A stretch of 63,316 bases of DNA, filler included, from Octopus bimaculoides (lineage: Eukaryota): NCBI RefSeq assembly GCF_001194135.2. It is 5 parts of 5 records of this genome, joined end to end, with 100 filler letters (N's around TTAATTAATTAA, not from the genome) between each part and the next. Parts side by side here need not be neighbours in the genome. Positions count along the whole stretch, not along the records: positions 58,025 to 63,316 come from NC_068981.1; 4 more parts are not named here. One strand, 5' to 3'. The position numbers were made by a program, and so were the translations under genes. Position 1 is the stretch's first letter, and each line of letters starts with the position of its first letter. A model generated the notes under the pieces. It was not told the origin of the DNA. It saw nothing but the letters and a program-made list of their open reading frames with translations, and made no database searches. This document shows positions 61,480-63,316 of this stretch, in pieces.

Positions 61480-62396
61480 GGAAAGGAAGTGTTAGGCTAA
61501 ATGGTTAGGCCTATGACGTAAGACACAATAGGGATAATAGAGGAAAGATGGGTGTGACCATTTCATAGTGACAGAATAAGCAGAGAGGGGAGGCAGAATG
61601 TCCATGGGCCAGAGTTTGAAGTCAGTTAGAGAATCTGTGTCAGTTAGTTGCATGACCTTTATGGATGCTGTCTAATGCTGTGCATAACAGTATCAACATC
61701 CCTGCAGTACTGCATAGTAGGTCTTACCTGAACTTTGTAAATGGTTAGAAACTGACAAGAGCTAAAGTACTTTTTGGCCCTAAAAACCATGCAGTTTTAG
61801 CTAGACACTATGTAAAGTTCATTAGAAAAGATAATCAGAGATTGCAAGGACTAACATTGGTAACAACTTCATTGCATGAAATGACGAGATACAAGATTGA
61901 TTCCTTCATATGACCCAAAATAGTTGTTATATTGTTGAAAGAGACGAAGTTGCCATGTCTCCATTGCAGGATGCTTTTGAGTTCTCTATTCATAGAAGAA
62001 ATCTAAGCTTGGCATAAAGTGTTTATCGGCATGTGGATGATGCCTCTGGGTATAAGGTTAAGGAAAAGTGAAGAGTAATCATTTTGCACAGGAGTTGAGC
62101 ATTGTTAAGAGTTGACAGCAAGCAGATTAATAATGTACACAAAATTGTGGAATACACAAACTAAACCTTAGCTCCGATCTCACAGTTTTCCAGAGTACAC
62201 CACAGTCGATAGAGTGTGGAACAGCGAAATGCTAGTCAGTGCCTGTTGTAAATAGAAAGCTTCCAATCCAAATAATAATAACAGGACGAAGACAATAGGT
62301 GGGCAATTTAACTGAGAGATTCCTATGACAGACATGGTCAAAATCGCTTGCCGATGGCAATTCAATGGCATTATTTTCGCCAAATATGTCTAAGGC
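61480..62396 (-). mobile_element. Degenerate CR1/L2(Jockey)-group LINE reverse transcriptase fragment
   Basis: Minus-strand translation: ALDIFGE..SDFDHVCHRNLSVKLPTY..WIGSFL, SIDCGV, CA.DTLHFS (YADD region), LKSILQWRHGNFVSFN, FRAKKYFSSCQFLTIYKVQVRPTMQYC, LQTLAHG..LCLFCHY. Confidence 0.85.
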
Positions 62397-63239
62397 AAGA
62401 AATGAAAAGTGAACGACATAAAAGATCAGGTCCCTGACAGATTGGGTTTCAAAAGACCTTTAATTAATCAGCGGGTGATCACTCCGGATTAATCTTTACT
62501 GAAAAAAAAAACTATGATCAAAAGTATTCCAGCCATGACTGTCTTGTCGTTTTAGGAGTTACTAGAATGATTTTATCCAATGTCCTTTCTTGTATTATAC
62601 GGTGATTTTCATTCGAAAGCAATTTGTCTGATATTTTAATTAATCAAAACAACGATGTAGATGCCCCCCACCCCACTGTAGGAATCAAAATACGCGTCCC
62701 CCTCTGCTGGAGATTCACTGAGAGGAAAACGTTCAAAGAATCGATTGTTGATGAATGAAAATGAAACACCTGCTAGGAGTGGAAAGAATAATTTGTCTTT
62801 TAGCCTTCTGCTTTCATCGACCACGAGTGCCAGTACTCAGTGAACCTTTACATAATATACACACATGTAGATATGACACGTGCACTTATCACGATCTTAT
62901 AATTTCCTACGCTCATTAACTAAACAATTTTAGAGTATTACAACAGTATTTTATGCTGTTTAACATCCTCAAATTTGTTTATTCTCAATTTCATTTTAAA
63001 ACACGAAAACCCCTTTCTCTTCATCACTGAAAATTATCATTCTAGATGAAATCTTTCGCGAAAAGGAATTAAAAATTTCAATTCACAAAAAAGTTTAAAA
63101 ATTTTTTAGCCAAAAAAAACGAAAGGTTTAAATTTAGATATTTTACACGTTTCTATAAAAAAAATATCGATCTCGAATGTTTGAAAGGCAGTATGAAGAC
63201 ACACAAAATTCGACGTAGAGAAATTAAATGTACACGTAC

Positions 63240-63316
63240 TTTAGCATTAAGTGCAATTATATCCACTTCTCTTCTGCAGTCCTTCTTCTTTTTAGTGAAG
63301 AGAGCCAGATGGGGTA
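63240..63316 (-). CDS. Candidate coding exon running off the window end (unverified)
   Basis: Only one open minus frame, PHLALFTKKKKDCRREVDIIALNAK, ending at AAA|GTACGT (phase 0 donor); no homology recognised. Confidence 0.3.

Noticed and set aside
62636-62824. 63-aa minus ORF with an open antisense frame
   Set aside because: Non-ATG start, no convincing donor, no recognisable motif.
1-63316. Conserved bilaterian microRNA, rRNA or snRNA genes
   Set aside because: Only seed-length coincidences (for example tatcacagc, tgactagatc) were seen by eye; no full mature sequence or precursor hairpin. An Rfam/MirGeneDB scan would be needed to exclude lineage-specific ones.

Overview
AT-rich, microsatellite-saturated animal DNA from a gappy short-read assembly (about 24 N-runs, roughly 8.6 kb or 14% by hand count). 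The SINE/MITE families and composition look like a coleoid cephalopod, probably Octopus; this is inference from recall, not a database search. Four identical 100-bp linkers (44 N + TTAATTAATTAA + 44 N) show the window is five sequences joined in silico: 1-26139, 26240-38530, 38631-54016, 54117-57924 and 58025-63316. No intact, recognisable protein-coding gene is present, and almost every ORF in the supplied track is a microsatellite or N-gap artefact. Supported features: decayed autonomous elements (an RTE LINE with a 5' inversion, the 3' end of an R4/Dong LINE, a CR1/L2-type RT, two mariner relics), dozens of copies from several tRNA-derived SINE families with swapped modules, and a TTAA-flanked piggyBac-type MITE family. 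Most interesting signals: (1) hammerhead-ribozyme-like cores in four repeats, one inside a tRNA-headed SINE (candidate retrozyme family); (2) a strong recursive-splice-site-like motif at 22826/22827; (3) a junction-exact twin-priming-type RTE inversion; (4) sharp CpG-depleted domains suggesting methylated gene bodies that carry unannotated small exons, including a 15-nt microexon candidate.
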